From NCBI GenBank assembly GCA_964435005.1, contig CAYSXA010000001.1, positions 2,237-66,236 on the forward strand: DNA of 64,000 bases, in the 5' to 3' direction. Made by a program: the position numbers and the translations under genes. Position 1 is the first letter of the stretch. The number at the start of each line of letters is the position of its first letter. Positions 1 through 9,953 of the stretch are shown here, one piece after another. This DNA is from an uncultured Anaerolineaceae bacterium. Lineage in GTDB: Bacteria > Chloroflexota > Anaerolineae > Anaerolineales > DRMV01. Below the pieces are notes generated by a model. It searched no databases. It worked only from the letters and a program-made list of their open reading frames with translations, and had not been told where the DNA came from.

Positions 1-1
1 G

Positions 2-622
2 GTGCGCGAGGGACTGCGTCTGTTGCTTGACCGGCAACCCGATTTCCGTGTGGTGGCCGAGGCGTCGAACGGTCGCGATGCGGTGCGCTTTGCCCTGGAA
101 GCCTGTCCCGATCTGTTGCTGATGGACATCAGTATGCCGGAAATGGACGGCATCCAGGCGTTGATCGAAATCCGCCGCTGCTTACCCGCTGTGCGCGCGC
201 TGATGCTTACCATGCACGAAGACCGCGACCTGTTCTTCCGCTCCTTGCAGGCTGGCGCAGCGGGTTACCTGCTCAAGGGGGCTTCTTCCCAGGAGCTGCT
301 GGAAGCGTTGCGCGTGGTGAAGCGCGGCGAGGTGTACCTCTCCCCACGGATGAACACCATCCTGGTGCAGCATTTCCTGTCGCACAACCAGATGCCGGCG
401 CCAGGTGAACCGGCGCCGCACGAAGTGCTCAGCCCGCGTGAGATGGAGGTGCTCCAGCGCCTGGCAGAGGGACAGACGAACGCCGAAATCGCCGAGGCGC
501 TGGTCATCAGTCCCAGTACGGTGCAAACCCATCGCACACGCATCCTGGAAAAACTGAGGCTGAAGACCCGCGCCGACCTGGTGAAATACGCTCTGCGTCA
601 TGGCCTGATTGACCTGGGTTGA
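2..622 (+). CDS. NarL/FixJ-type (LuxR HTH) response regulator, N-terminus cut by window edge
   Basis: ORF is open to the 5' edge. Receiver residues (DLLLMDISMPEMDG, LMLTMHED, AGAAGYLLKG) are followed by a LuxR HTH (LSPREMEVLQRLAEGQTNAEIAEALVISPSTVQTHRTRILEKL). Stop at 620-622. Confidence 0.9.
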   Translation: MREGLRLLLDRQPDFRVVAEASNGRDAVRFALEACPDLLLMDISMPEMDGIQALIEIRRCLPAVRALMLTMHEDRDLFFRSLQAGAAGYLLKGASSQELLEALRVVKRGEVYLSPRMNTILVQHFLSHNQMPAPGEPAPHEVLSPREMEVLQRLAEGQTNAEIAEALVISPSTVQTHRTRILEKLRLKTRADLVKYALRHGLIDLG

Positions 623-757
623 TCGGCTGTTGGGGGAAAAAGCCGTTCGTCACCCGTTGGTGTGATGATTTTCACCCTGGATGTCACGTTTTTAACGACA
701 CGTGAATCCCTATCTGCGCGATACCCGCCCACAGTCTCTCATGGTATCTTAATCTCC

Positions 758-1132
758 ATGAGGCGACTGCGCATTTTCCTGATCTGGAAGCACCCCCTGT
801 TACGTGATACCGTTCATGCCATCCTGGAGCAGGCCAACCTCTCGCTGAGCGGCGAATTCGTCGGCGGGGCCGATCTGGAGCAGTTGGAACAACTGCAGCC
901 GGATGTGTTGTTGGTGGAAGACGATGGCGACCTGGTGCAGCGATTGTTGCCTCTGCTCTCGCAGATGAGCGGCGTGCGGCTGATTCGCATCAGCCTGGAA
1001 GATAACCGCCTGCATTTGTATCACCACGTGGAGCGCACGCTGACTCATCAATCCGACCTGATCGAAGCGTTACAGAGCGTCGTTCGCCTGGAAGGCCGCG
1101 AGCGACGAAAATCCCAAAGGAAGGAGAATCGC
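758..1132 (+). CDS. Receiver-like (pseudo-receiver) domain in frame with actA and not separated from it by any stop; either a cytoplasmic N-terminal extension of ActA or untranslated
   Basis: ATG at 758. Alternating beta/alpha pattern (LRIFLIW / PLLRDTVHAILEQ / DVLLVEDDGD / VRLIRISL / LHLYHH) with genome-typical codon usage. No clear SD before 758 and no stop before 1133. Confidence 0.4.
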
Positions 1133-1675
1133 ATGGCTGGAGAGACCCCCTGGTTTCGGCAACCGAAGAAGTTGCTGCCGGTCGTGGCGGTTGTGGTTGT
1201 GCTGCTGCTGGCAGCGGGCTTTTTCGGCCTGAAGCAAACGCAGGCCGCGCCGCCGCAGCCGATTGCCTTCAACCACTCCGTGCACGTCAACCTGGGTGTG
1301 CAGTGTTTGTATTGTCACTCCGGGGCGTTGCGTGGCCAGACGGCCGGGCTGCCCACCATCAGCAAGTGCATGGGCTGTCACCAGCAGATTGACGCCGGTG
1401 ACAATCCTGGCAAGAAGGCGCTGATGGAATACGCCCAATCGGGCAAGCCGGTGGAGTGGGTGCCGGTGGCGATGCAGCCGGACTTTGTGTACTTCAGTCA
1501 CCGGCCTCACGTGAACGCTGGTCTGAACTGCGAGACCTGCCACGGGGATGTGAGCAAGATGACCGTGGCCGAGCCGCAGAAAGGCCAGAACATGGGCTGG
1601 TGTCTGTCCTGCCACAAGGGTCTGGCACCGGAGCACTTCGTGAAACTGTCCGACTGCGCCACGTGCCACAAATGA
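1133..1675 (+). CDS. actA: Alternative Complex III pentahaem cytochrome c subunit (ActA-like) with N-terminal membrane anchor
   Basis: SD AAGGAGAA (1120-1127) plus ATG 1133. TM helix LLPVVAVVVVLLLAAGFFGL. Five CXXCH motifs (CLYCH, CMGCH, CETCH, CLSCH, CATCH). First gene of an act-ordered operon. The ORF stays open upstream to 758/662. Confidence 0.85.
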   Translation: MAGETPWFRQPKKLLPVVAVVVVLLLAAGFFGLKQTQAAPPQPIAFNHSVHVNLGVQCLYCHSGALRGQTAGLPTISKCMGCHQQIDAGDNPGKKALMEYAQSGKPVEWVPVAMQPDFVYFSHRPHVNAGLNCETCHGDVSKMTVAEPQKGQNMGWCLSCHKGLAPEHFVKLSDCATCHK

Positions 1676-1687
1676 GCGGAGGCTGGA

Positions 1688-3868
1688 ATGAGTGAACAGA
1701 TCACCCGACGAGATTTTCTCAAACTAAGCGGTGCCGGTGCCGCGGCGGCAGCGGTGTTGACCGGTTGTGGCCCGGTGGCGCGCTACGTCACCCGCCGCCC
1801 GTACACCGAGATGCCGGAATACACCCTGCCTGGTCAGAGCACCTACTATGCCACCACCTGCCGCGAGTGCCCCGCCGGTTGTGGGCTGATCGTCCGCACG
1901 GTGGAAGGGCGCGCAATCAAGGTGGAGGGCAATCCCAACCATCCGGTCAGCCGTGGGCGCACCTGCTCGCGCGGCCAGGCCTCTTTGCAGGGCCTGTACA
2001 ACCCCGACCGCATCCAGGGGCCGGTGAAGCAGGCCCAGCGCGGAAGCGGCTCGTTCGAGGCGGTGGACTGGGATGCCGCCGTGCAGGTGGTGCAGGACGC
2101 GCTGGCGAACACCGCCCCGGAGGGCATCGCCTTCCTGATGGGGTTGAACCATGACCATTTGTTCGATCTGGTGCAGCAGATCACTCAGGCGCTGGGCGCA
2201 CCTGAGCCGCTGCGCTTTGGGGCGCTGGGGCTGCTGGAGGGCCGCGCCACGCTGATTGCTGCCGCCAGTAAGGTGCTGGGCAAGGCGGCGTTGCCGCACT
2301 TTGACCTGCATCACGCTGAGATGGCCTTCTCCTTTGGCGCAAACTTCCTGGAGACCTGGCTTTCGCCGGTGGCCTATGGCAACGATTACGGCGCGATGCG
2401 GCGCGGGGAGATTGGTCAGCGCGGATATCTGGTGCACTTTGAACCGCGCATGTCGCTGACCGCGGCCAACGCCGACGAGTGGTTCCCGATTACGCCGGGT
2501 ACGGAAGGACTGGTGGCCCAGGCGTTGGGCAAACTGGTCGCCGAAGCGCTGGGTGCTCCCGCGCCGAAGATTTTCGCCGATGTAGATGTGGCGGCTGTCG
2601 CGAAGCAGGCTGGCGTTAAGGAAGAAGACCTGCATCGTCTGGCGACGATGTTCGCCCGCGCCAGCCGCAAGGTTGCTATCCCCGGCGGCGCGGCGCTGGG
2701 ACACACCAACGGCTTCCAGGCCGCGCAGGCCATCCTGGCGCTCAACGCGCTGGTGGATAACCTGGGTAAACCCGGTGGCGTGTTCTTCGCCCCCGATCTG
2801 CCGGTGAACGCCGATCTGGCACACCGACCGGCCACCCTGGCGCAGATCACCCGGCTGGTCAAGCAGATGAATGAGGGCAAGATTCAGGTGCTGTTCGTGC
2901 ACGGCGTGAATCCGGCCTACGAACTGCCGGCGGCGCTGGGCTTCGCTGAAGCGTTGAACAACGTGCCGCTGGTGATTTCCTTTGCGTCCTTCCCCGATGA
3001 GACTGCTCAGATGGCGGATTATGTGTTCCCCGACCACACGCCGCTGGAGGGTTGGGGATATCAGAAGGTGGCCGTGGGCGCCGATCGTGCGGTGATCTCC
3101 GGCGCGCAGCCGGTGGTTGTGCCGCTGTATGACACGCGCGCCACTGCCGACGTGCTGCTGGCTGCCGTCCAGGGCATCGGCGGCAACCTGGCCGATCAGG
3201 TGCCTTACAAGGACGAAGTGGACTTCATCCAGCAGTCGGTGACCGCCTTGTTGCGCGAGCAGGGCTTTTACGCGGCTCCGGAGATCAAGACCTTCTTCGC
3301 CCGCTTCCAGCAGTTTGGCGGCTGGTGGTCGGCTTCTCCCAATCTGGAAGCGCCCACCTCTGGCGCGGCGCTCGGCCATTCGCTGGAGATGCCGGTAGCC
3401 GAGTTTGATGGCGAGGGCGAGTTCACGCTCTATGTGTACCCTTCGCCTACTCTGGGCGACGGTAGTGGCGCCAACCGCCCCTGGTTGCAGGAAACCCCCG
3501 ATCCCATGACCACGGTGATGTGGAACTCGTGGGTGGAGATCAACCCGGAGACGGCGCGCGAACTCGGTTTGCGCGACGATGACGTGGTGCGCATCACCTC
3601 GCCCTATGGCTCGGTGGAGGCAGTGGTGTATTTGTACCCGGCCATCCGTCCGGATACCATTGCCATCCCGCTGGGACAAGGGCACACCGCGCTGGGACGC
3701 TATGCCGAAGGACGCGGTGTCAACCCTCTGACCCTGCTCGGCGCGAAGGTGAACGCGGCCGGCGATCTGGCCTTTGTCGCCACCCGTGTGAAGATTGAGA
3801 AGACCGGGCGCCGCCGCCAACTGGCGCGCTATGAAAACCGCGTGGGCGTGTACGGCGACGGCGCGTGA
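1688..3868 (+). CDS. actB: Alternative Complex III molybdopterin-oxidoreductase-like subunit (ActB1 portion), Tat-exported
   Basis: Twin-arginine signal TRRDFLKLSGAGAAAAAVLTGCG. N-terminal Cys motif CRECPAGCG..C. 726 aa with MopB-family architecture. Sits between the pentahaem and FeS subunits. Confidence 0.85.
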   Translation: MSEQITRRDFLKLSGAGAAAAAVLTGCGPVARYVTRRPYTEMPEYTLPGQSTYYATTCRECPAGCGLIVRTVEGRAIKVEGNPNHPVSRGRTCSRGQASLQGLYNPDRIQGPVKQAQRGSGSFEAVDWDAAVQVVQDALANTAPEGIAFLMGLNHDHLFDLVQQITQALGAPEPLRFGALGLLEGRATLIAAASKVLGKAALPHFDLHHAEMAFSFGANFLETWLSPVAYGNDYGAMRRGEIGQRGYLVHFEPRMSLTAANADEWFPITPGTEGLVAQALGKLVAEALGAPAPKIFADVDVAAVAKQAGVKEEDLHRLATMFARASRKVAIPGGAALGHTNGFQAAQAILALNALVDNLGKPGGVFFAPDLPVNADLAHRPATLAQITRLVKQMNEGKIQVLFVHGVNPAYELPAALGFAEALNNVPLVISFASFPDETAQMADYVFPDHTPLEGWGYQKVAVGADRAVISGAQPVVVPLYDTRATADVLLAAVQGIGGNLADQVPYKDEVDFIQQSVTALLREQGFYAAPEIKTFFARFQQFGGWWSASPNLEAPTSGAALGHSLEMPVAEFDGEGEFTLYVYPSPTLGDGSGANRPWLQETPDPMTTVMWNSWVEINPETARELGLRDDDVVRITSPYGSVEAVVYLYPAIRPDTIAIPLGQGHTALGRYAEGRGVNPLTLLGAKVNAAGDLAFVATRVKIEKTGRRRQLARYENRVGVYGDGA

Positions 3869-3890
3869 GCCGGATGGAGGAGCATCTGCC

Positions 3891-4598
3891 ATGAGTGAAA
3901 ACGTGGAACAAGCCAAATGGGCCATGGTCATCGACCTGGATCGATGCAACGGCTGCCAGGCGTGCGTGACGGCCTGTTCGCTGGAGAACAACGTGCCCAC
4001 CGTGGGCGAAGAACAGGCGGCCTACGGGCGCGGCATGCACTGGATTCGTGTGGTACGCTACTGGGAGGGCGAATTCCCCAACGTGCGGGCGCGCTTCATG
4101 CCTGTGATGTGCCAGCAGTGCGGCAACGCGCCCTGCGAACCGGTCTGCCCGGTGTTCGCTACCTATCACAGCGAGGCTGAGCAGATCAATGTGCAGGTGT
4201 ATAACCGCTGCATCGGCACCCGCTACTGCGCCAACAACTGCCCTTACATCGCTCGTACCTTTAACTGGTTTGATTGGGAGCGTCCGGAACCGCTTACTTA
4301 CCAGTTGAACCCGGATGTCACCGTGCGACGGCGCGGCATCATGGAAAAATGCACCTTCTGCGTGCAGCGCATCCGCAAGGCAGAAGAAGACGCCAAGGCC
4401 GAAGGCCGCCCGGTGGCTGACGGTGAGGTGCAGCCCGCCTGCGCGCAGGCCTGCCCGGCGGACGCCATCGTGTTCGGCGACCTGAGCGATCCGGAGAGCC
4501 GCGTGAGCCAGCTGGCCCGCAGCGGGCGCGCCATGCGCCTGGAAGAGGGTCTCGGCACGGAACCCAAAGTGATCTACCTCAAGGGAGGGCAACCGTGA
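3891..4598 (+). CDS. actB: Alternative Complex III iron-sulfur subunit (ActB2 portion), multi-[4Fe-4S] ferredoxin-like
   Basis: SD GGAGGAG plus ATG 3891. Cys clusters CNGCQACVTAC, CQQCGNAPCEPVCP, CIGTRYCANNCP, CTFC, CAQACP. The ORF-track start at 3795 overlaps actB1 and is unlikely. Confidence 0.85.
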   Translation: MSENVEQAKWAMVIDLDRCNGCQACVTACSLENNVPTVGEEQAAYGRGMHWIRVVRYWEGEFPNVRARFMPVMCQQCGNAPCEPVCPVFATYHSEAEQINVQVYNRCIGTRYCANNCPYIARTFNWFDWERPEPLTYQLNPDVTVRRRGIMEKCTFCVQRIRKAEEDAKAEGRPVADGEVQPACAQACPADAIVFGDLSDPESRVSQLARSGRAMRLEEGLGTEPKVIYLKGGQP

Positions 4599-6031
4599 GC
4601 GCACAAACGGAAATTTTGCACCTCGGACAAGTGGGTGAGGAGCAGGAACTGCGCGAAGAGCACCTGTTGCTCGACCCGCGCCCGCGTGAAGAGATGAACC
4701 GCATGGTCATGGAGGCCATGACCAGCACCACGCCGGGCTTCTGGGCTGCGGTCGCCATCCTGGGCGGGCTGGTGACGTTCGCCCTGTTCGGCGCCTGGGG
4801 CTACATGATCACCAAAGGCATGGGCGTGGCCGGCATCCGCCGCCCGATCTTCTGGGGCGTGTTCATCGTGAACTTCGTGTTCTGGATCGGCATCAGCCAC
4901 GCCGGGACGTTCGTCTCCGCCATCCTTCGCGTATTCAAGGCGGAGTTCCGCCGCCCCTTCACCCGTGCGGCGGAACTGATGACCACCTTCGGCCTGGCGG
5001 CGGCGGGTATGTATCCTCTGATCCACCTGGGACGCACCTGGCGCTTCTACTGGATGGTGCCTTACCCCAACCAGCGCTGGCTGTGGCCAAACTTCCACTC
5101 CCCGCTGGTGTGGGACATGCTGGCGATTACCACCTACCTGCTGGGGAGCACGATGTACCTCTTCCTGCCGCTCATCCCTGACCTGGCGATGGCGCGTGAC
5201 CGCTCGAAAGGCTGGCGCTATCACCTGTACCGCATCCTGGCGCTGGGCTGGCGCGGTACGGAGGCCGAATGGAAGCATCTGCACACCGCGATTAACATCT
5301 TCGCCTTCGCCATCATCCCGGTGATGTTCTCGGTGCACACCATCGTGGCCTGGGACTTCGCGGTCTCGATGAAGATCGGCTGGCACTCCACCATCTTCGG
5401 CCCGTACTTTGTGGTTGGCGCGATCCTCTCCGGCGTCTCGGCGGTGGTGATGGTGCTGGTGACCATCCGCGCCACGATGAAGCACATGACCTACTTCATC
5501 CGTCCGGAGCACATCGACGCGCTGGGGAAACTGGTGCTGATCTTCTCCATGTCCTGGGCGTACTTCTTCTTCAACGATTACGTCCTGGAGTGGTACGGCG
5601 GTGAGGAGGTCGGCAAGCAACTGCTCACCTTCCAGGCGCACGGGCCAGTGGCCTGGGTGTGGTACACCATGTTGATTTGCAACGTGCTTATCCCCTGGCT
5701 CACGCTGTGGAATCGCAAGGTGCGCCGTAACCCGACGCTGATGTTCATCATCACCGCCCTGGTGAACGTGGGAATGTACGCCGAGCGCTATGTGATTGTG
5801 ACTGGCGTGCTCAGCCGCAACCGCTTCCCCTTTGATTGGGGCTGGTACAACCCCACCTGGGTGGAGATTTCCATCAGCATCGGTTCGCTCGCACTGTTCC
5901 TCTTCCTGTACGTGGTGATGTCTCGCCTGATCCCGCTCATCCCGGTCTGGGAGGTGCAGGAAGGGCAACTGGCGCACACGCTGCGCCGCATCGGGAAGAC
6001 GGTGGTGCCTTCGGTGAGCGAGCTGGAGTAG
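4595..6031 (+). CDS. actC: Alternative Complex III NrfD/PsrC-like integral membrane quinol-interacting subunit (ActC-like)
   Basis: GTGA overlap with actB2. 478 aa polytopic membrane protein with many hydrophobic helices and a W/F-rich composition. Position in operon. Confidence 0.85.
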   Translation: MSAQTEILHLGQVGEEQELREEHLLLDPRPREEMNRMVMEAMTSTTPGFWAAVAILGGLVTFALFGAWGYMITKGMGVAGIRRPIFWGVFIVNFVFWIGISHAGTFVSAILRVFKAEFRRPFTRAAELMTTFGLAAAGMYPLIHLGRTWRFYWMVPYPNQRWLWPNFHSPLVWDMLAITTYLLGSTMYLFLPLIPDLAMARDRSKGWRYHLYRILALGWRGTEAEWKHLHTAINIFAFAIIPVMFSVHTIVAWDFAVSMKIGWHSTIFGPYFVVGAILSGVSAVVMVLVTIRATMKHMTYFIRPEHIDALGKLVLIFSMSWAYFFFNDYVLEWYGGEEVGKQLLTFQAHGPVAWVWYTMLICNVLIPWLTLWNRKVRRNPTLMFIITALVNVGMYAERYVIVTGVLSRNRFPFDWGWYNPTWVEISISIGSLALFLFLYVVMSRLIPLIPVWEVQEGQLAHTLRRIGKTVVPSVSELE

Positions 6032-6051
6032 CGGTATAAGGAGCGGATGAG

Positions 6052-6576
6052 ATGAGCGAAGGAACAACTCACCTGGCGTTGTTTGATGACATTGAAAAGG
6101 TCACCCACGCGCTGGATCGCCTGCGTGAATTGGGGCTGGACGAACACGACATCAGCGTGGTATCAGGTGTGCCGTATTCCGAGCACATCCTGGGGCGCCC
6201 GATGCGCTGGAGCAACGTGGGGAAGATCGGCATGGGCGGCTTTCTGGTCGGCTTCGCCGCCAGCATTGCGCTGAACTGGGGCACGCCGTTGCTCTACCCG
6301 GTGCACGTCGGTGGACAGGCGCTTTTGCCCATCCCGCCGACGATCATCCTCACGTTTGAGCTGAGCATGTTGGGGCTGCTGATCAGCACCTTCCTCGGTG
6401 TGTTGTGGGAGAGTGTCTTCCCCTCTTATGGGCCGAAGGTGTATCACCCCGGTATCTCCGATGGCAAGATCGCGCTGGTGTTCAATTGCCCGCCGGAGAT
6501 TCATGAGAAAATGCACGCCGTGATGGCTGACCTGGGTGCGGAATGGGTGCATCGAACGGAGGCGCAGAAACTATGA
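6052..6576 (+). CDS. actD: Alternative Complex III ActD-like subunit (DUF3341-type), C-terminal TM helices
   Basis: N-terminus THLALFDDIEKVTHALDRLRELG is typical of ActD/DUF3341. Two TM helices. Operon position. Confidence 0.75.
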   Translation: MSEGTTHLALFDDIEKVTHALDRLRELGLDEHDISVVSGVPYSEHILGRPMRWSNVGKIGMGGFLVGFAASIALNWGTPLLYPVHVGGQALLPIPPTIILTFELSMLGLLISTFLGVLWESVFPSYGPKVYHPGISDGKIALVFNCPPEIHEKMHAVMADLGAEWVHRTEAQKL

Positions 6577-7085
6577 ACGGTTTGGGAAAACGCATCGCGA
6601 TCACTCTGGCGATTATCACCGTGCCGCTGGTCGTGGGGTTGCTGTTTACCTATGAGAAGGTGAAGGTGGACTGGATCAGTTTCATGGAGATTCAGCCTTC
6701 CTATCGCCCGATGGAAGACCCGTTGCCCGTGCCGGCGGACTCCGTGCCGATTGACGGCCCGGCCTATGTGAAGGGCGTGGGCTCGCCGGTGAACCCGGTC
6801 GAGGCGGATGAGGTCTCGCTGGAGCGCGGCAAGATCCTGTACGATATCAACTGCGCGCTGTGTCACGGCTATGACGGCAAAGGGAACGGGCCAATCGCGC
6901 CCTTCCTGCGGAAGGAGCCGCCTGCTGACCTGACCAGTGGTGTGGTGAAGGAAGACAGCGACGGCGCGATCTTTCTGGTGATCACGAACGGCGTGCCGGG
7001 TGCCATGCCTGCGCTGCGCGAGAACCTGACCGTGCGCGAGCGCTGGGACGTGGTCAACTACCTGCGCACCTTGCAGACGCCGTAA
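6573..7085 (+). CDS. actE: Alternative Complex III monohaem cytochrome c subunit (ActE-like), membrane anchored
   Basis: ATGA overlap with actD. TM anchor IAITLAIITVPLVVGLLF. Single CALCHG with a distal ..GAMPAL.. Met region. Confidence 0.8.
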   Translation: MNGLGKRIAITLAIITVPLVVGLLFTYEKVKVDWISFMEIQPSYRPMEDPLPVPADSVPIDGPAYVKGVGSPVNPVEADEVSLERGKILYDINCALCHGYDGKGNGPIAPFLRKEPPADLTSGVVKEDSDGAIFLVITNGVPGAMPALRENLTVRERWDVVNYLRTLQTP

Positions 7086-7099
7086 CGGGAGTGGTTGCG

Positions 7100-7693
7100 A
7101 TGAAGAACACGAAACTCTGGATGATTCTGGTCGGGCTGATGCTCGTGGTGAGCGCCTGTGCCCGCGTGCCCGATACCCCCGGTGAGCGCACCCCCATTCC
7201 GCCCCTGCCGCCGGCCACGTTGCCGGCGCCTGACCTGGGCGTGAGCGAGGGTGGTGAAGCCGCCGCGCTGCCGTGCAACATCGCTGCTGTTGACCTGATT
7301 GGCGCCTGGGTGCAGGCCGGCACGCCGGAAACCGAGCCGTTTGACTTCACCGATGCGTTCGGCACGGCCTGTGAGGGCACGTTCGAGGCGGATGTACTGC
7401 CGCTGTTTACTCAGGCTAACCTGTGGTTCGATGGCGCGCTGGCGTGCAGCTCCTGCCATGGGTCCGATCTGAAGGCCGCTGCTGCGCAACTGGACTTGAC
7501 CTCGTATGCCGGAATCCTGGCTGGGGCGCGTCGCACCTCGGCGGATGCGCCGGGCGAGGACATCCTCGGCGGCGGGAACTGGGAAGGAGCCAAGCTGTAC
7601 CAGATGTTGGTCAGCCGGGCAATGCCTATCGGACGCCCACCGGATTCACCGGAAAAAGGCCCGGTAATTCCCGCTGGTACGCCCAAAAAGTAG
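7100..7693 (+). CDS. Lipoprotein monohaem cytochrome c (PSCyt1 / planctomycete-type cytochrome c domain-like)
   Basis: Signal plus lipobox LMLVVSAC. Single CSSCHG followed by LDLTSYAGILAG...MPIGRP, which resembles the PSCyt1 pattern. Alternative GTG start at 7091. Last gene before the terminator. Confidence 0.7.
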   Translation: MKNTKLWMILVGLMLVVSACARVPDTPGERTPIPPLPPATLPAPDLGVSEGGEAAALPCNIAAVDLIGAWVQAGTPETEPFDFTDAFGTACEGTFEADVLPLFTQANLWFDGALACSSCHGSDLKAAAAQLDLTSYAGILAGARRTSADAPGEDILGGGNWEGAKLYQMLVSRAMPIGRPPDSPEKGPVIPAGTPKK

Positions 7694-7721
7694 CGCGGCC
7701 CTGTTTGAGGCAGGCCCAGAG

Positions 7722-7760
7722 ACCTGCCAGGTCGGATAGACCTGGCAGGTTTTTTCGTTT
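7722..7760 (+). terminator. Rho-independent terminator of the ACIII operon
   Basis: 12-bp perfect stem ACCTGCCAGGTC / GACCTGGCAGGT, loop GGATA, then TTTTTCGTTTT. Confidence 0.85.
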
Positions 7761-9227
7761 TCCACTCATGATATACTCACGTTACTCCCCGGCTGGAGGT
7801 GACCATGCGGTCGGTCTTGCAGGCGCGCTTGCACGAAGTGGTCTCCGGTGCGGATACGCAACGAGCGTTGCGCTACGCACAGGTGTTTTTGCCGCTCATC
7901 CTGTTTTTTGTGGCTGCCGGCTTCGAAGTGGTAGAGCACCATGTCTGGTCACCTGAACTGCGGCGTCCTGGCTGGAGTCAGGAGATCTTTCTTTTCGGCG
8001 TAGTGGGGCCATTGGCCGTCTCCCTGGTGATCGGCTACATTCGCTATGTGACGCGCTACACTCTGACCATGGAGCGTCACCTGGCGGCCATCACCCAGCA
8101 CTCGCCAGATGCCATCCTGAGCCTGACGCCTCAAGGCGAAGTGCTCTCCTGGAACCGGGGTGCGGAGCGGTTGTTCGGCTATAGTACAACTCAAGCGCTA
8201 AGGCAGTCCATCGAGCATCTGCTACAGGCTGAAGCAGATGCGCTACAACGGTTGCTACAGCAGACTGTGCAGCAGGGCGAGGTGCATGGGCAGGTGCTCA
8301 CCTTCCACGATGCGATGGGGGATGAGCGCCTAGCCGAAGTTTCTCTCACGCTGCTTCCGGCGGTGGAGGGTGAAGCGCTGGCAGTGGCTGCGATCTTCCA
8401 CGATGTGACCGAGCGGGTACAGCATCAACGGGCCATCGAACGCCTGAACGCCGATCTGGCGCGGCAGGTGGAAGAGCGCACCCGCGATCTGGCGCAACGC
8501 AATCGCCAGTTAGAGGCCGCCAACCGCCGCTTGCAGGAACTCGACCGGTTGAAGAGCGAGTTTGTCTCGCTGGTCAACCATCAATTGCGTGGCCCGCTGA
8601 CCAATCTCCGCGGCGCGGTAGAGTTGATGCAGAGCCGTTGCACTCAACCCAACGCCACCTGCGCTCGCATGCAACCCATCGTGCTCGACGAGATCGACCG
8701 TCTGGCGTTTATGGTGCGTCGCATTCTGGATGTTTCGCGCATTGAAGCCGGAGCGATGGCGCTTTCCCTGGAGCCGGTGTTTTTGCAGGAAGTGCTCCAG
8801 TCGCTTGCGGCGGAGTTTGTCGCTGATGCTGGGCGCCTGCGGTGGCCAAAAGACGCCGGGGTCTGGGTGCAGGCGGATGTTCACCATCTGCACGATGTGA
8901 TCTTCAACCTGGTGGACAATGCATTGCGCTATTCTCCCGAAGAGACGCCGGTGGAGATCGACTGCCGTCGTGATGACGGCTGGGTGACGCTTACCGTCAC
9001 GGATCACGGGCCGGGCATTCCGCCGGAAGAGCAGGTGCGCATCTTTGATAAGTTCCACCGCCTGGACGGTGGCGATGCGCAGCGGGTGTATGGCTACGGC
9101 CTGGGATTGTTCATTTGCAAGCGGCTCACCGAAGCCATGGGTGGTGAGATTCACCTGGAGAGCGGGGTCGGGCAAGGGAGTCGCTTCACCGTGCGGCTGC
9201 CGCTGGCGTCTGTGAAGGAGGAGAAGG

Positions 9228-9921
<694 letters not shown>

Positions 9922-9923
<2 letters not shown>

Positions 9924-9939
9924 GCGCTCCGCGCTTTTT
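9922..9939 (+). terminator. Weak terminator-like hairpin after the response regulator
   Basis: AGCGC-TCC-GCGCT followed by TTTTT. The stem is only 5 bp. Confidence 0.4.
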
Positions 9940-9953
9940 CAGCATGGGAAATA

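Noticed and set aside
662-757. Far-upstream start (662) of the ORF containing actA
   Set aside because: The first 32 codons (MMIFTLDVTFLTTRESLSARYPPTVSHGILIS) lie in an AT-rich region that looks like promoter/operator sequence, with no SD. Only 758 or 1133 are plausible starts.
1724-4000. 758-aa ORF on the minus strand, antisense to actB1
   Set aside because: A typical high-GC shadow ORF. It is Arg/Gly/His/Ala-rich and low-complexity with no recognisable motifs, and it fully overlaps a gene with clear Tat and MopB features.
4574-6067. 497-aa minus-strand ORF antisense to actC
   Set aside because: Same reasoning: His/Arg/Asp-rich nonsense composition opposite a well-supported membrane protein gene.
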